From: Polyangiaceae bacterium
GTDB taxonomy: Bacteria; Myxococcota_A; Polyangia; Polyangiales; Polyangiaceae
Length of the DNA stretch: 64,000 nt
Reading direction: 5' to 3'
Assembly: GCA_035063585.1 (NCBI GenBank)
Contig: JAPSGB010000009.1
Span: 32,001-96,000 of the forward strand
The notes below the pieces were generated by a model. That model saw only the letters and a list, made by a program, of their open reading frames with translations, made no database searches and was not told where the DNA came from. The position numbers were made by a program, and so were the translations under genes. Of the stretch, positions 9,542-20,315 are shown in pieces. The stretch's first letter is position 1. Each line of letters begins with the position of its first letter.

Positions 9542-9767
9542 GGCGCGAACCTACTCACCGGCGAGCCTGCGCGCCACTCGCGCCCCTCGAGCCCTCGTGA
9601 CGCTCGTGATCGTCGCTTGATCGAAGCTCAACTCGCGCGTCCCGCTCGGCGGCTCACGAGCGCGCGCCGCCGGCCGCGCCGTGAAGGCCAAGCCCCGAGC
9701 GCCCGCCACCGCGCTGAAAGGAGAATTCGCTGGACATGAGCGCGGGCGGCCGCTCATCCTGGTCGGT

Positions 9768-10844
9768 ATGCCGTCGCGAACTTCGCTACTTGGGATGTGC
9801 GCGCTGGCGCTCCTCGCAGGCTTCGGCTGCGGCTCCTCGACGGACGAGGCCCCCGCGCGAGACCCGGGCGGCGGCTCCGCCGGCGTCGGCTCGGCAGGCA
9901 GCCCCGGGTGGGGAGGCGAGCCCGGCCACGCGGGCGCGAACGGCTGGGCAGCCGAGGGTGGCGGCGGCGCGGCGGGCTCGGCCAGCGGCGGCGCGGCGGG
10001 CTCGGGAGGCGCGAGCCGCGGAGACGATCCCTGTGGAAAGGCCACGCTCGGCCCCGGTCACTACTGCGCGAAGTCGCTCGACCCGTCGTCGTCCGACGAC
10101 GACACGCTCTACGTGTGCTCGGGCTCGCACGGCACGGTCCAATCGCAAGAGACGTGCGCGCTCGGCTGCCGGCAGATGCCAGACGGCGAGGCCGACCGCT
10201 GCGAGAGCAACACGGTCGTACCGGCGCTCATCATCGAGATGCGCGGCGCGTACTTCAACGAGAGCGACATTCGCGCGCCGCTCGAGGCCGGGTTCGCCTA
10301 CATGCTCGAGCGCACCGAGGCGCTCACGGGCGTCCACGACACGGGCCTCCCCACCTTGACCATCTACTATTACCCATCGAGCGAGCGCTTCGCCGAGGGG
10401 CTGGCGGGGGTGATCTCCACCTGGGGCGCGGAGGTGTGGGTCCCCGACGGGCACGATCTCACCGGGCCCAGCCAAAACTTCGTCACGAACCTCTCGGTCC
10501 ATGAGCTCGCGCACCTCGCGGCGGCGCACTATTTCGGAGGCCCGAACCTCCGGGAGTGGTGTCTCAACGAGGGGCTCGCCACGTGGATGTCGGGGAAATA
10601 CTGGAAGTACATGAACGGGGCCCCCGCGAGCTTCCGGGAATATGCGCGCGCGAACCCTGGATATCGGGACCTGAGCTACTGCTACACCGGCGAAAAGGGG
10701 ATCGTCGGCGACGCCCCTTACAAGGTGTGGGCGAGCTACCTCGAGTATCTCGAAGAGACGGACCCCTCCGCGATCGCGAAGGTCGCGACGGGGGCCGTGC
10801 CCTATCAAAACTATGAGGCGGGATGGCGCGCCTGGCTCGAGTGA
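9768..10844 (+). CDS. Lipoprotein: Gly linker + 6-Cys module + gluzincin (peptidase MA-like) domain
   Basis: Lipobox-like LAGFGC. HELAH followed downstream by NEGLATW. Confidence 0.8.
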   Translation: MPSRTSLLGMCALALLAGFGCGSSTDEAPARDPGGGSAGVGSAGSPGWGGEPGHAGANGWAAEGGGGAAGSASGGAAGSGGASRGDDPCGKATLGPGHYCAKSLDPSSSDDDTLYVCSGSHGTVQSQETCALGCRQMPDGEADRCESNTVVPALIIEMRGAYFNESDIRAPLEAGFAYMLERTEALTGVHDTGLPTLTIYYYPSSERFAEGLAGVISTWGAEVWVPDGHDLTGPSQNFVTNLSVHELAHLAAAHYFGGPNLREWCLNEGLATWMSGKYWKYMNGAPASFREYARANPGYRDLSYCYTGEKGIVGDAPYKVWASYLEYLEETDPSAIAKVATGAVPYQNYEAGWRAWLE

Positions 10845-10914
10845 GCCGCGCGCGCGGGTGGCCGCCGGCGGTGGTCGCCGCCGGAGGGGATGACCGTTTC
10901 GCGGAGGTACTCGA

Positions 10915-12021
10915 ATGATCTACGAAGGTCCCAGGAGGACTCGCTCGCCGCTCCTCGGGCTCGGGGCGGCGATGCTCCTCGCGCTCCCGAGCTGCAGCGG
11001 CGCGGGGGAGGACGAGGCGCCAGCGCGGAACGTCGGCAGCAGCGGCGGAGGTAGCGGAGGCGGTCAGGCGGGCTCGGGCGGCGCGGCGGGCTCGGGCGGC
11101 GCGGCGGGCTCCGGCGGCGCGGCAGGCTCCGGCGGCGCGGCGGGCTCCGGCGGCGCGGCGGGCTCCGGCGGCGCGAGCACCGGAGGCGACCCCTGTGAGA
11201 AGGCCACGCTCGGCCCCGGTCACTACTGCGCGAAGTCGCTCGATGCCTCCTCCGCCGACGACGACACCCTCTACGTGTGCTCGGACTCGCAGGGGACGGT
11301 AGTGTCCGAGGAGACGTGCGCGCTCGGTTGCATGCAGATGCCGGACGGCCAAGCCGACGCCTGCCGGACGAACGAGGCCGGGATCGATTGGCACGTGAAC
11401 GGCTACCTCTTGAACGAGGACGAGAAGGCGCTCGCGCGCGAGGTCGCGAAGGAGGCCGTCCCGGCCATCGCCGGCAGCCGCGCGGAGCGCGTGAAGATCG
11501 CTGCCGAGGCGTCGTGGTGGGCGTTGAAGGAGGGCGTGTGGGAGCTCGGGGTGACCGGGACGTACACCTATTCCAACTGCAATTTCGGCCCCCGTGACGA
11601 TCGGCGCATCGGCCCGCTCGAGCTCTGCGGTGACGGGGCGGCGTGGCAGGTGGGCCTCATGGCGATCCAGGTGCCGGATCACACGCTCGCTGCCGTCGAG
11701 GGGGCCGCAGGGAGCCTCTTCCCGAGCACCTCGCTCTCATCGCTCCTCCAGCTCGTCGCGACCAAGGCGAACGTGACGTCGGGCCAGGCGTCACAGATCG
11801 TCGCGTCGACGGGAACTCTGCGTAAGGCGTGGCTGCTCCGCGTGCCGGCCATCGCGATGACGCTCATCCAGCCGCAGATCACCGAGCAGTGTTACGTGGA
11901 AGAGAAGGTCTGGTGCTACGGAACCAGCTGGAACGAGTCGGCCAAGTTCGCGCCGACCAAGGCCGCCATGTACCAGTCGATCTCGGATCTCGAGCGGATC
12001 CTCGGGCAGCTCGCGCCCTGA
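10915..12021 (+). CDS. Lipoprotein: (AGSGGA)6 linker + the same 6-Cys module + unknown C-terminal domain
   Basis: Lipobox-like LPSC and RBS GGAGG. The module matches the upstream gene at 49 of 59 aa. Confidence 0.8.
   Translation: MIYEGPRRTRSPLLGLGAAMLLALPSCSGAGEDEAPARNVGSSGGGSGGGQAGSGGAAGSGGAAGSGGAAGSGGAAGSGGAAGSGGASTGGDPCEKATLGPGHYCAKSLDASSADDDTLYVCSDSQGTVVSEETCALGCMQMPDGQADACRTNEAGIDWHVNGYLLNEDEKALAREVAKEAVPAIAGSRAERVKIAAEASWWALKEGVWELGVTGTYTYSNCNFGPRDDRRIGPLELCGDGAAWQVGLMAIQVPDHTLAAVEGAAGSLFPSTSLSSLLQLVATKANVTSGQASQIVASTGTLRKAWLLRVPAIAMTLIQPQITEQCYVEEKVWCYGTSWNESAKFAPTKAAMYQSISDLERILGQLAP
11068..11175 (+). repeat. 18-bp coding tandem repeat x6 (AGSGGA)
   Basis: GCGGGCTC(G/C)GGCGGCGCG units read directly. 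Confidence 0.9.
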
Positions 12022-12088
12022 GCGCGCCTCACGCCGCTGTCTCGTGGCGCGCCGCGAGACGTGGTGCGGCGCGGCCTCGCCCGGCGCC

Positions 12089-12547
12089 TCATACCCGATC
12101 GAGCTCGCGCGGAGCGCGCTCGGGGCTCATGAGGAGCTCTCGAACATCGCTCGGGATACGGCGCGGGCGGTGAGCGTCGTCGACGCAGGCGAGCGTGGTG
12201 TGGCCCTCGGTGAGGAGCTCACCATCCGCCTCGCGGAACACCCGATAGTCGAACCGCACCGTGGCGCCGGAGAGCTCGCTCACCCGCGCCTCGACCACCA
12301 GCCGCTCGTCGAAGCGCGCCGCGCGGCGATACCGGAGCCCGGCCTCGATGACCGGGAGGTTCACGCCGCGGCGCACGAAATCACCGTAATCGACCCCGCG
12401 CCGGCGGAGATACTCGACGCGCGCCGCCTCGAACCAGAGCAGATAGCTCGAGTGGTGGGCGATGCCCATGAGATCCGTCTCGCCGAAGCGGACCCGGATG
12501 ACATATCGGCTCGACGGGACTTCGACGGCGGAGGCGGCGGTCGACAC
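12089..12547 (-). CDS. Acyl-CoA thioesterase (YbgC/FadM hotdog fold)
   Basis: VRFGETDLMGIAHHSSYLLWFEAAR. Probable GTG start at 12547. Confidence 0.9.
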   Translation of the reverse strand: MSTAASAVEVPSSRYVIRVRFGETDLMGIAHHSSYLLWFEAARVEYLRRRGVDYGDFVRRGVNLPVIEAGLRYRRAARFDERLVVEARVSELSGATVRFDYRVFREADGELLTEGHTTLACVDDAHRPRRIPSDVRELLMSPERAPRELDRV

Positions 12548-12603
12548 GGGAAGGGAGCATATCCTCTTGCCCGCGCGCCGCGATAGCAGCATGACTCTCG
12601 CCC

Positions 12604-13059
12604 ATGGCCTTCGAAATCGTAGCGGGCGTGGACTACTCGGCTCCCAGCGAGCTCGCGCTCGCCCGCGCGCTCGAGCTTCTGGCGCATCGCCCCGACGCTC
12701 GGCTCCACGTCATCACGGTGGCGGCGGGCGCAGGGCCGCGGCTACCCGAAGAGCTCACCCTGGACGCGAAGGAGCGCTTCCTCAGCGAGGCCCGCGCCAC
12801 CCTCGAGCGCCACCTCGACGAGCAGGTCGCCGCGCGCCCGGGCCTGCGGGAGCGGCTCCTCCTGGCGGTGGACTTCGGGGATCCCGCGGAGCGCATCCTC
12901 GCACTCGCCAAGAGCGCGGACGCCGATCTGGTGGTGGTCGGCACTCGCAACCGACGCGGCGTCGAGCGGCTCCTCCTCGGCTCGGTCGCCGAGACGGTGC
13001 TTCGCAACGCGGGCTGCCCGGTGCTCGTCATGCGCGAGCGGCGCGCGAGCTCGGGTTAG
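12604..13059 (+). CDS. Universal stress protein
   Basis: IVAGVDYS…ADLVVVGTRNRRGVERLLLGSVAETVLRNAGCPVLV. Confidence 0.93.
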   Translation: MAFEIVAGVDYSAPSELALARALELLAHRPDARLHVITVAAGAGPRLPEELTLDAKERFLSEARATLERHLDEQVAARPGLRERLLLAVDFGDPAERILALAKSADADLVVVGTRNRRGVERLLLGSVAETVLRNAGCPVLVMRERRASSG

Positions 13060-14801
13060 CCGGACGGCGAGACGATCTCGAACCGCACGCGCGCGCGCTC
13101 GGCCTCGATGCGCCCGCGCTCGGGCACGCGCCCGTCGAGCCAGTGCACCATCTCGTCCGCCTCCCACGAGTAGGGCGCGCCGTTCATCCGGACGCGCCCC
13201 TCGGTGAGCGCGAGGGTGGCCGCGCGGAGCGGGACCCCGGAGAAATCGCGCAAGATGGCCTCCCAGCGGCCCTGACGCGCGGGCTCGACGAAGGCGAGAT
13301 CGTAACGGCCGGCGTAGGCGGTGTGATACCAGGCCGGGCGGTAGGCGAGCCCAGCCAGACCGAGCCGCGCCGCCATCCTCGCGAGCAGCTCGGCGCACTC
13401 GCGCGCGAGCCCGAGCCCCGGCTCCTCCTGGCCCGGGAGCTTCGGCCGCTGGTCGCTGAAGCGCCCGCGCGGGTGGCGCAGCGTGAGCCAATGGACGTAG
13501 AGCACCTCGTCCTCGCCGAGGCTCCGCTTCTCGACCACGCACTCGATGAGCAGATGTTCGGCGCCGCCGAACCTCCCGAACACCCTGAGGCAGTCCCCGA
13601 TCCCCTCGCGCGAAATGGCGAAGCGAAAGCGCGAGTAGCCGAGCCGCCGGAGCTGCTCGAGGAGCCCGTAACGGGAGAACGCGTACTCGAGCCCCTCCTT
13701 CGTGTAGTAGTCGAGGAGCCGAAGCGCCTTCGGCGACGGGCGGCCGAGCGAGGCGAGCACGTCTTCCTCGGTGAGCTCGAAGCCGCCGTCGAGCTCGCGC
13801 GGATCGATCTGCGCTGCGATCCGCGCGAAGCGCGCGCGGAGCGCGTCGTAGCCGGGCGGGACCGGCTCGAGCGAACCGAGCGCGAGCGCGAGCCCGGTGC
13901 CGGCGAGCACCTTCCACGCGTCCTCCGAGTAGCCACCGGCCGGGAGCCACACGCTCGGCCCGCCGGCGAGCGCGCGCGTGACGCGCAGATCACGCCGCCG
14001 CGCGCCGTCGAGGGACAGCGCGAACGCGCCGAACCGATCGCCGGCGAGCACGTCCCCGCCCGCGAGCACGAAGGTGAGCGCGGCCGGCGGCATGCGGCGG
14101 AGCAGCGCGCCGAGCGCGGAGAGATAGCTCGCGTCGTCGCAGCCAGGTGGGAGCCGTGTCTCGTCGACGCCGGGGAGCGCGCCCCAGTCGGCGCCCGACA
14201 GCGAGCCGATCCACACGCTCGGATCTCCCTCGAAGCACTCGGCGAGGCCGTCCGGCGGATGGGCGTCGAGATCGAGCACCCCCACGCGCCGATCGAAGCC
14301 CTCGGCGCGAAGCGCTGCTACCGCCGTGGCGACGTCATTCACGGCGCAGAACCCGCCGCCGCGCCCGGGACCGGCGTGGTGAAATCCGCCGAGCAGGTTC
14401 AGCGTCGCCCCGCCACGAGCGAGCGCGGCGCGCGCGGCGTCGAGGGTGCCACCGCAAGCGACCCGCAGCGTCCGCACGAGCTCGTCGACGTTCACGTCAG
14501 TGGCGTCGACCGCGAAGATGCGCCCGAGCTCCTCGGCCGACGACAGCGAGTCGAGCAGCTCGTGCGTGTGGACTCGCGCGAGATCCTTGTACCGGATGCG
14601 ATGCGGTGTACGAACGTCGGTCGGCCGAATCACGCCCGTCTCGAGCAGGTAGCCGAGCGCCAGATCCGCGCGCCGCGGCTCCATCCCGGTCGCAGCCTCG
14701 ATGGAGGCGAGCGGGAGTCGATAGGTCGGATCGTAGAAGACCGGCAGCCCGCGCGCTCCAAAGAACGCGCGGAGCCGATGTTTCCACCGGGAAGCCTTCA
14801 C
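13056..14801 (-). CDS. Zn-dependent deacetylase (HDAC/AcuC family) with a ~250-aa C-terminal extra domain
   Basis: GGFHHA, GGFCAVND, DLDAH, GGDVLAGDRFG and AGGYS. Confidence 0.9.
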   Translation of the reverse strand: MKASRWKHRLRAFFGARGLPVFYDPTYRLPLASIEAATGMEPRRADLALGYLLETGVIRPTDVRTPHRIRYKDLARVHTHELLDSLSSAEELGRIFAVDATDVNVDELVRTLRVACGGTLDAARAALARGGATLNLLGGFHHAGPGRGGGFCAVNDVATAVAALRAEGFDRRVGVLDLDAHPPDGLAECFEGDPSVWIGSLSGADWGALPGVDETRLPPGCDDASYLSALGALLRRMPPAALTFVLAGGDVLAGDRFGAFALSLDGARRRDLRVTRALAGGPSVWLPAGGYSEDAWKVLAGTGLALALGSLEPVPPGYDALRARFARIAAQIDPRELDGGFELTEEDVLASLGRPSPKALRLLDYYTKEGLEYAFSRYGLLEQLRRLGYSRFRFAISREGIGDCLRVFGRFGGAEHLLIECVVEKRSLGEDEVLYVHWLTLRHPRGRFSDQRPKLPGQEEPGLGLARECAELLARMAARLGLAGLAYRPAWYHTAYAGRYDLAFVEPARQGRWEAILRDFSGVPLRAATLALTEGRVRMNGAPYSWEADEMVHWLDGRVPERGRIEAERARVRFEIVSPSG

Positions 14802-15262
14802 TCGTCGCCGCGCGCGACCGGGATGGTGAGCACCGGCACCGGCGACAGCCGCACGAGCTTCTCGGCGACGCTGCCGAGCAAGAGATGCTTCACGCCGGTC
14901 CGCCCGCGCGTCCCCATCACGACCAGATCCGCCTCGTGCTTCCTGACGTACTCGATGATGGTCGAGGCGGGCTCGCCCGACTCGAGACGCGTCGCGGTCT
15001 CGACGGACTCGGGCAGGGCCGCGCTGGCGAGGAACTCGCTCATCTCGCGCTCGGCGTTCTCACGAATGAGCTCGACGAGCGACCGCGCGGGCTCGCCGGG
15101 CTTGCTCACCATGGTCGTCTCGGGCACATAGCTCGGCCGATCCCACACGTGCACCACGTCGAGCCGCGCGCCGAACCGCGCGGCGAGCGCGCCGGCGTAT
15201 CGCAGCGTCTCTTTCGCGTGGTCAGAGTAGTCGACGGGCACGACGATACGCTTGATGTCCAT
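14798..15262 (-). CDS. Universal stress protein
   Basis: IVVPVDYS…ADLVVMGTRGRTGVKHLLLGSVAEKLVRLSPVPVL. Its stop overlaps the deacetylase start (GTGA). Confidence 0.95.
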   Translation of the reverse strand: MDIKRIVVPVDYSDHAKETLRYAGALAARFGARLDVVHVWDRPSYVPETTMVSKPGEPARSLVELIRENAEREMSEFLASAALPESVETATRLESGEPASTIIEYVRKHEADLVVMGTRGRTGVKHLLLGSVAEKLVRLSPVPVLTIPVARGDE

Positions 15263-15442
15263 CCTGGTCCTCCGTAAGGGGTGGAGCGGCCTCGGCTTCT
15301 ACTATGGCAGGAGGCAGGAGGGTATGCCGGTTCGGCGCGGAACCCCGGGGCCCGAGCGCCCGCGCGGTCGAGCGGCCCGGTGACCAGCCCCAAAGTGCGG
15401 GCGGGACGCCGGGCGGCGTGCGATAACCGGTGGAGCTACGAA

Positions 15443-17269
<1,827 letters not shown>

Positions 17270-17678
17270 CGCGCCGGCCGATGCCTCCGGCGTCGCCCTT
17301 CCCTCGGCGAGCGGACCGCTCACGCGGAACGTCAGCGGAACGCCGAACGCGGTCGACCTCACGACGAGCGGAGAGTGCCGCGCCTTCAAGGGGCGGAGCG
17401 CGCTGACCGCGAGCCGAGCGTCCGGCGGGAACCATGCGCGGACTCCGGAGTCGGGCGAGGGTGGTGCGCGGCCGCGAGGACCTTGGCGGCCTACTCGAGC
17501 GCGAGCTCGCAATGAGCCGTGTGCGCGGCGCCGGCGAAGGTCGAGGCTCCTTGCCGGGGGGGTCGTCGCGGCGGGGCTTCGGAGGTCGCGCCGACCCTTG
17601 GCGCGCGGTCCCGTTCGGCGTTAGCCTCCTGCCATTCGAGCCAGTGTCGCGGTACCCGCGGCAGGATAGGAGCGATCC

Positions 17679-18524
17679 ATGCGCCGCCGGCACCCTCTCA
17701 CGTCTTGGTCGGGTTCGATCATGGCCCTGGCGCTGGTGATGGCCGGCTGCTCGAGCTCCTCGGGGGGCGCGAGCGGCAGCGGAGGGGCGACCGGCAGCGG
17801 AGGGGCGAGCGGGTCCGCCGGCTGCTCGGGTGACGGATGCGGCTCCGGTGACTGCCTCACGCCGGTCTCCGACTTCGAGTCGGGTGGCGACGTCGCCGCC
17901 GGATTCACGAACACGCAGGTGCAGCGAGGCAGCGTCGAGGTCGACGCGGATCCAGTGGAGCCCACGAACCACGTCGCGCGCATGACCGCCGGCGAGAAGG
18001 TGGGCGATCAGGTGGGCAAGGCCGATCTCATCGTGGCCTACCCGGCCATCGGCGCCGGGCATCGCGTGGTGGCGAGCGGGCGGTTCTTCTTCCCGGCCGA
18101 CTCCTCGCTCGACAGCCTCATCCTGATGGACATCGAGTGCGCTTCGTGCGGGCTCGACACCAACCCCGGCATCCGGCTCTACCTGCGTGACGGAGCCCTC
18201 CGGGTCGATCGCTCGAAGATCGGGCTCACGGACGCCTTCCTGCCGACGAGCCCCACGCTCGTCACGACCGGCACGTGGCACTCGCTCGTGTGGCAAGTGA
18301 CGCTCGGCATCGGCGACGCTGGGCGGAGCGACGTCTACCTCGACGGCGTGCAGGTCATGAGCGCGACCGGCACGACGCTCATCAGCCAGGCGATCATCGA
18401 CCAGGTCGCGCCGGGAATCACCGTGAAGGAACGAGCGGATCGACTCCAAATCGGCCTGACCGCGAACTCGAACCCGACGTCGCAGACGCTGTTTCTCGAC
18501 GACGTCGCGATGTGCGTCGACTGA
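17679..18524 (+). CDS. Lipoprotein with a polysaccharide-lyase-like / ConA beta-sandwich domain
   Basis: Lipobox MAGC, Gly/Ser linker, DFESG start, GTWHSLVWQV…VYLDG and LFLDDVA end. Confidence 0.6.
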   Translation: MRRRHPLTSWSGSIMALALVMAGCSSSSGGASGSGGATGSGGASGSAGCSGDGCGSGDCLTPVSDFESGGDVAAGFTNTQVQRGSVEVDADPVEPTNHVARMTAGEKVGDQVGKADLIVAYPAIGAGHRVVASGRFFFPADSSLDSLILMDIECASCGLDTNPGIRLYLRDGALRVDRSKIGLTDAFLPTSPTLVTTGTWHSLVWQVTLGIGDAGRSDVYLDGVQVMSATGTTLISQAIIDQVAPGITVKERADRLQIGLTANSNPTSQTLFLDDVAMCVD

Positions 18525-18756
18525 CCGCGCCGCGGCTCACCCTGCGTCGCGCTCGATCGCGAGGAGGCCGCGACGAACGGCCCGCTCACGAGCCCGACGC
18601 TCGGCGCCTCGACGTATGAGGTGAGGTTCGAGACGCCGCCGCCCGCGCAAGAGTGCGTCGTGCTCGACGGTGCCGGCAGCGTGACCGCGCGAGCCTCGCC
18701 CAGGAGCCTCTGCGCGGTCGTGGAGGCGAGCCCGAAGGGGACCGGACGTCACGTCG

Positions 18757-20097
18757 TCAGGGCGGAGGCAGACCCACGCTGAGCACCGCGTCGATCTCGG
18801 CGGCCGTGTAGCTGGTCCCCCAGACCACGTCGACCGCCGCCGCTACGATCTCGGCGCCGCCCTTCATCTGCCCGGTCTTCACCTCGATCAGCATCATCTT
18901 CGGATCGGTCAGCTCCCGCAGACGGGGCGCGGCGAAGCCGACGTCTTCGCCGCGGACCTGAGCGTCCCTCACGGTCGTCAGATGCGCGACGAGCGCGCTC
19001 GGCGATACGGCGCCGATGAGCGTCGCTCCCGGCGCGAGCCTGCGGTGCAGGTACGCCACCCCGTAGGTGTAAGCCGAAGGGTAGCCCTCCTCTTCGAGAA
19101 GCGGACCGTGGGTCGCGGCGCCCGGATCGGGCGTGCCAGGACGACGCCAGTAGATCACGTCGGCGCCGCAGAGCGCGGAGAGTCGTTCGCTCTGCCGGAT
19201 GGGTACGAGGTTGTCGAGGCTGTCGTGCAGCAAGAGCGTGGCGCTCGGGAGCCCCGGGCACAAATCCGCGAACGTCAAGCCCGTGTAGTCGGCGGTCGCC
19301 ATCGGGCCGGTCGTCGCCTCTACGCGATGGCGGTGCCCGCGCAGCGCGCTCAGCACCGGCTCGGCGCGGGAAGCGGCATACGGCAACCACTCCGAGAAGT
19401 CCGCGGGCGGGTACAGCGCCACGGTGACGAGCGGCGCGATCCGGCGATCCCCGAACGCGCTCGCGTAAAGCGACTCGAAGCCTCCCCACGAACCGCCGAA
19501 CACCCCGACCCGCGAGTGATCGACGTCGGGTTGCTCTGCCAGAAACCACATCCCGGCCTTCATGTCTTCGATGTCGTCGGCGACAGAGCCGCCGGCGTAA
19601 AATCTCCCGTGAACCCGCAGGACGGCGAACCCGTTGAGCAGGTGGATGTACGCCTCGTCGTTTACTTGAGCGATCGACGCAGGCTCGTAGTTGACCTTCG
19701 TCTCGCCGTCGTAGTCCGGCTGCTCGACATCGTCGTAGACGCCCTTGCTCCGACCTGCCCAGCGAGCATCGACCTCCTCGCCGGACCAGTCGATCCCACC
19801 GTAGGGGTCGGTCGCCAGCACCGCCGGAGTTGGCGCGGGACGATCGCTCCGTATCCAGTGCACGTACGTCCGCCCACCATCGGGACGAATGACCCGCACC
19901 AACTCTACCGGGAACGAGCGGCCGTCACGCTCGACCGAAAGCTCCCGTACCACCTCGGCTCGATAGGCGGCTCGAGGCCCGTCGGGCGTCCCTGAGTCGG
20001 CGGCTCCATCCAGCTCCGACCGTGGCGCCGAGCCGGCGTCGCTGCCTTGGCAAGCAGCGGCTCCGAGAGTGGCGATGAGTAGCAACACCTGCCGCAT
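18757..20097 (-). CDS. Lipoprotein alpha/beta hydrolase (S9-like)
   Basis: Lipobox AAAC, VDHSRVGVFGGSWGG (GxSxG), LLHDSLDNLVP and a His in ATHG. Confidence 0.8.
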   Translation of the reverse strand: MRQVLLLIATLGAAACQGSDAGSAPRSELDGAADSGTPDGPRAAYRAEVVRELSVERDGRSFPVELVRVIRPDGGRTYVHWIRSDRPAPTPAVLATDPYGGIDWSGEEVDARWAGRSKGVYDDVEQPDYDGETKVNYEPASIAQVNDEAYIHLLNGFAVLRVHGRFYAGGSVADDIEDMKAGMWFLAEQPDVDHSRVGVFGGSWGGFESLYASAFGDRRIAPLVTVALYPPADFSEWLPYAASRAEPVLSALRGHRHRVEATTGPMATADYTGLTFADLCPGLPSATLLLHDSLDNLVPIRQSERLSALCGADVIYWRRPGTPDPGAATHGPLLEEEGYPSAYTYGVAYLHRRLAPGATLIGAVSPSALVAHLTTVRDAQVRGEDVGFAAPRLRELTDPKMMLIEVKTGQMKGGAEIVAAAVDVVWGTSYTAAEIDAVLSVGLPPP

Positions 20098-20315
20098 CGG
20101 CGCTCCTGCTGAAGACGCCGGCGCTCACCGGAGCGCCGGCATGAAGACCGCATTAGGCTGCCAGTCGAAACGGCGGTCAAGGCGGCCCGCCCCGCGCGCT
20201 TGCCTCGCGGCGGAGTCGCAGGTGGCCCGAAGGTCTCGCCACTCACGGGCTACCCGGGCTCGCTCGACGCTGAAGCCTGGAGCGTCCGCCGCTCCCCGCC
20301 CGAGCGATACGGCCG

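Noticed and set aside
11068..11175. Short tandem repeats here and at 49306-49410 as a CRISPR array
   Set aside because: No spacers, the units are in-frame multiples of 3 inside CDSs, and there are no cas genes.
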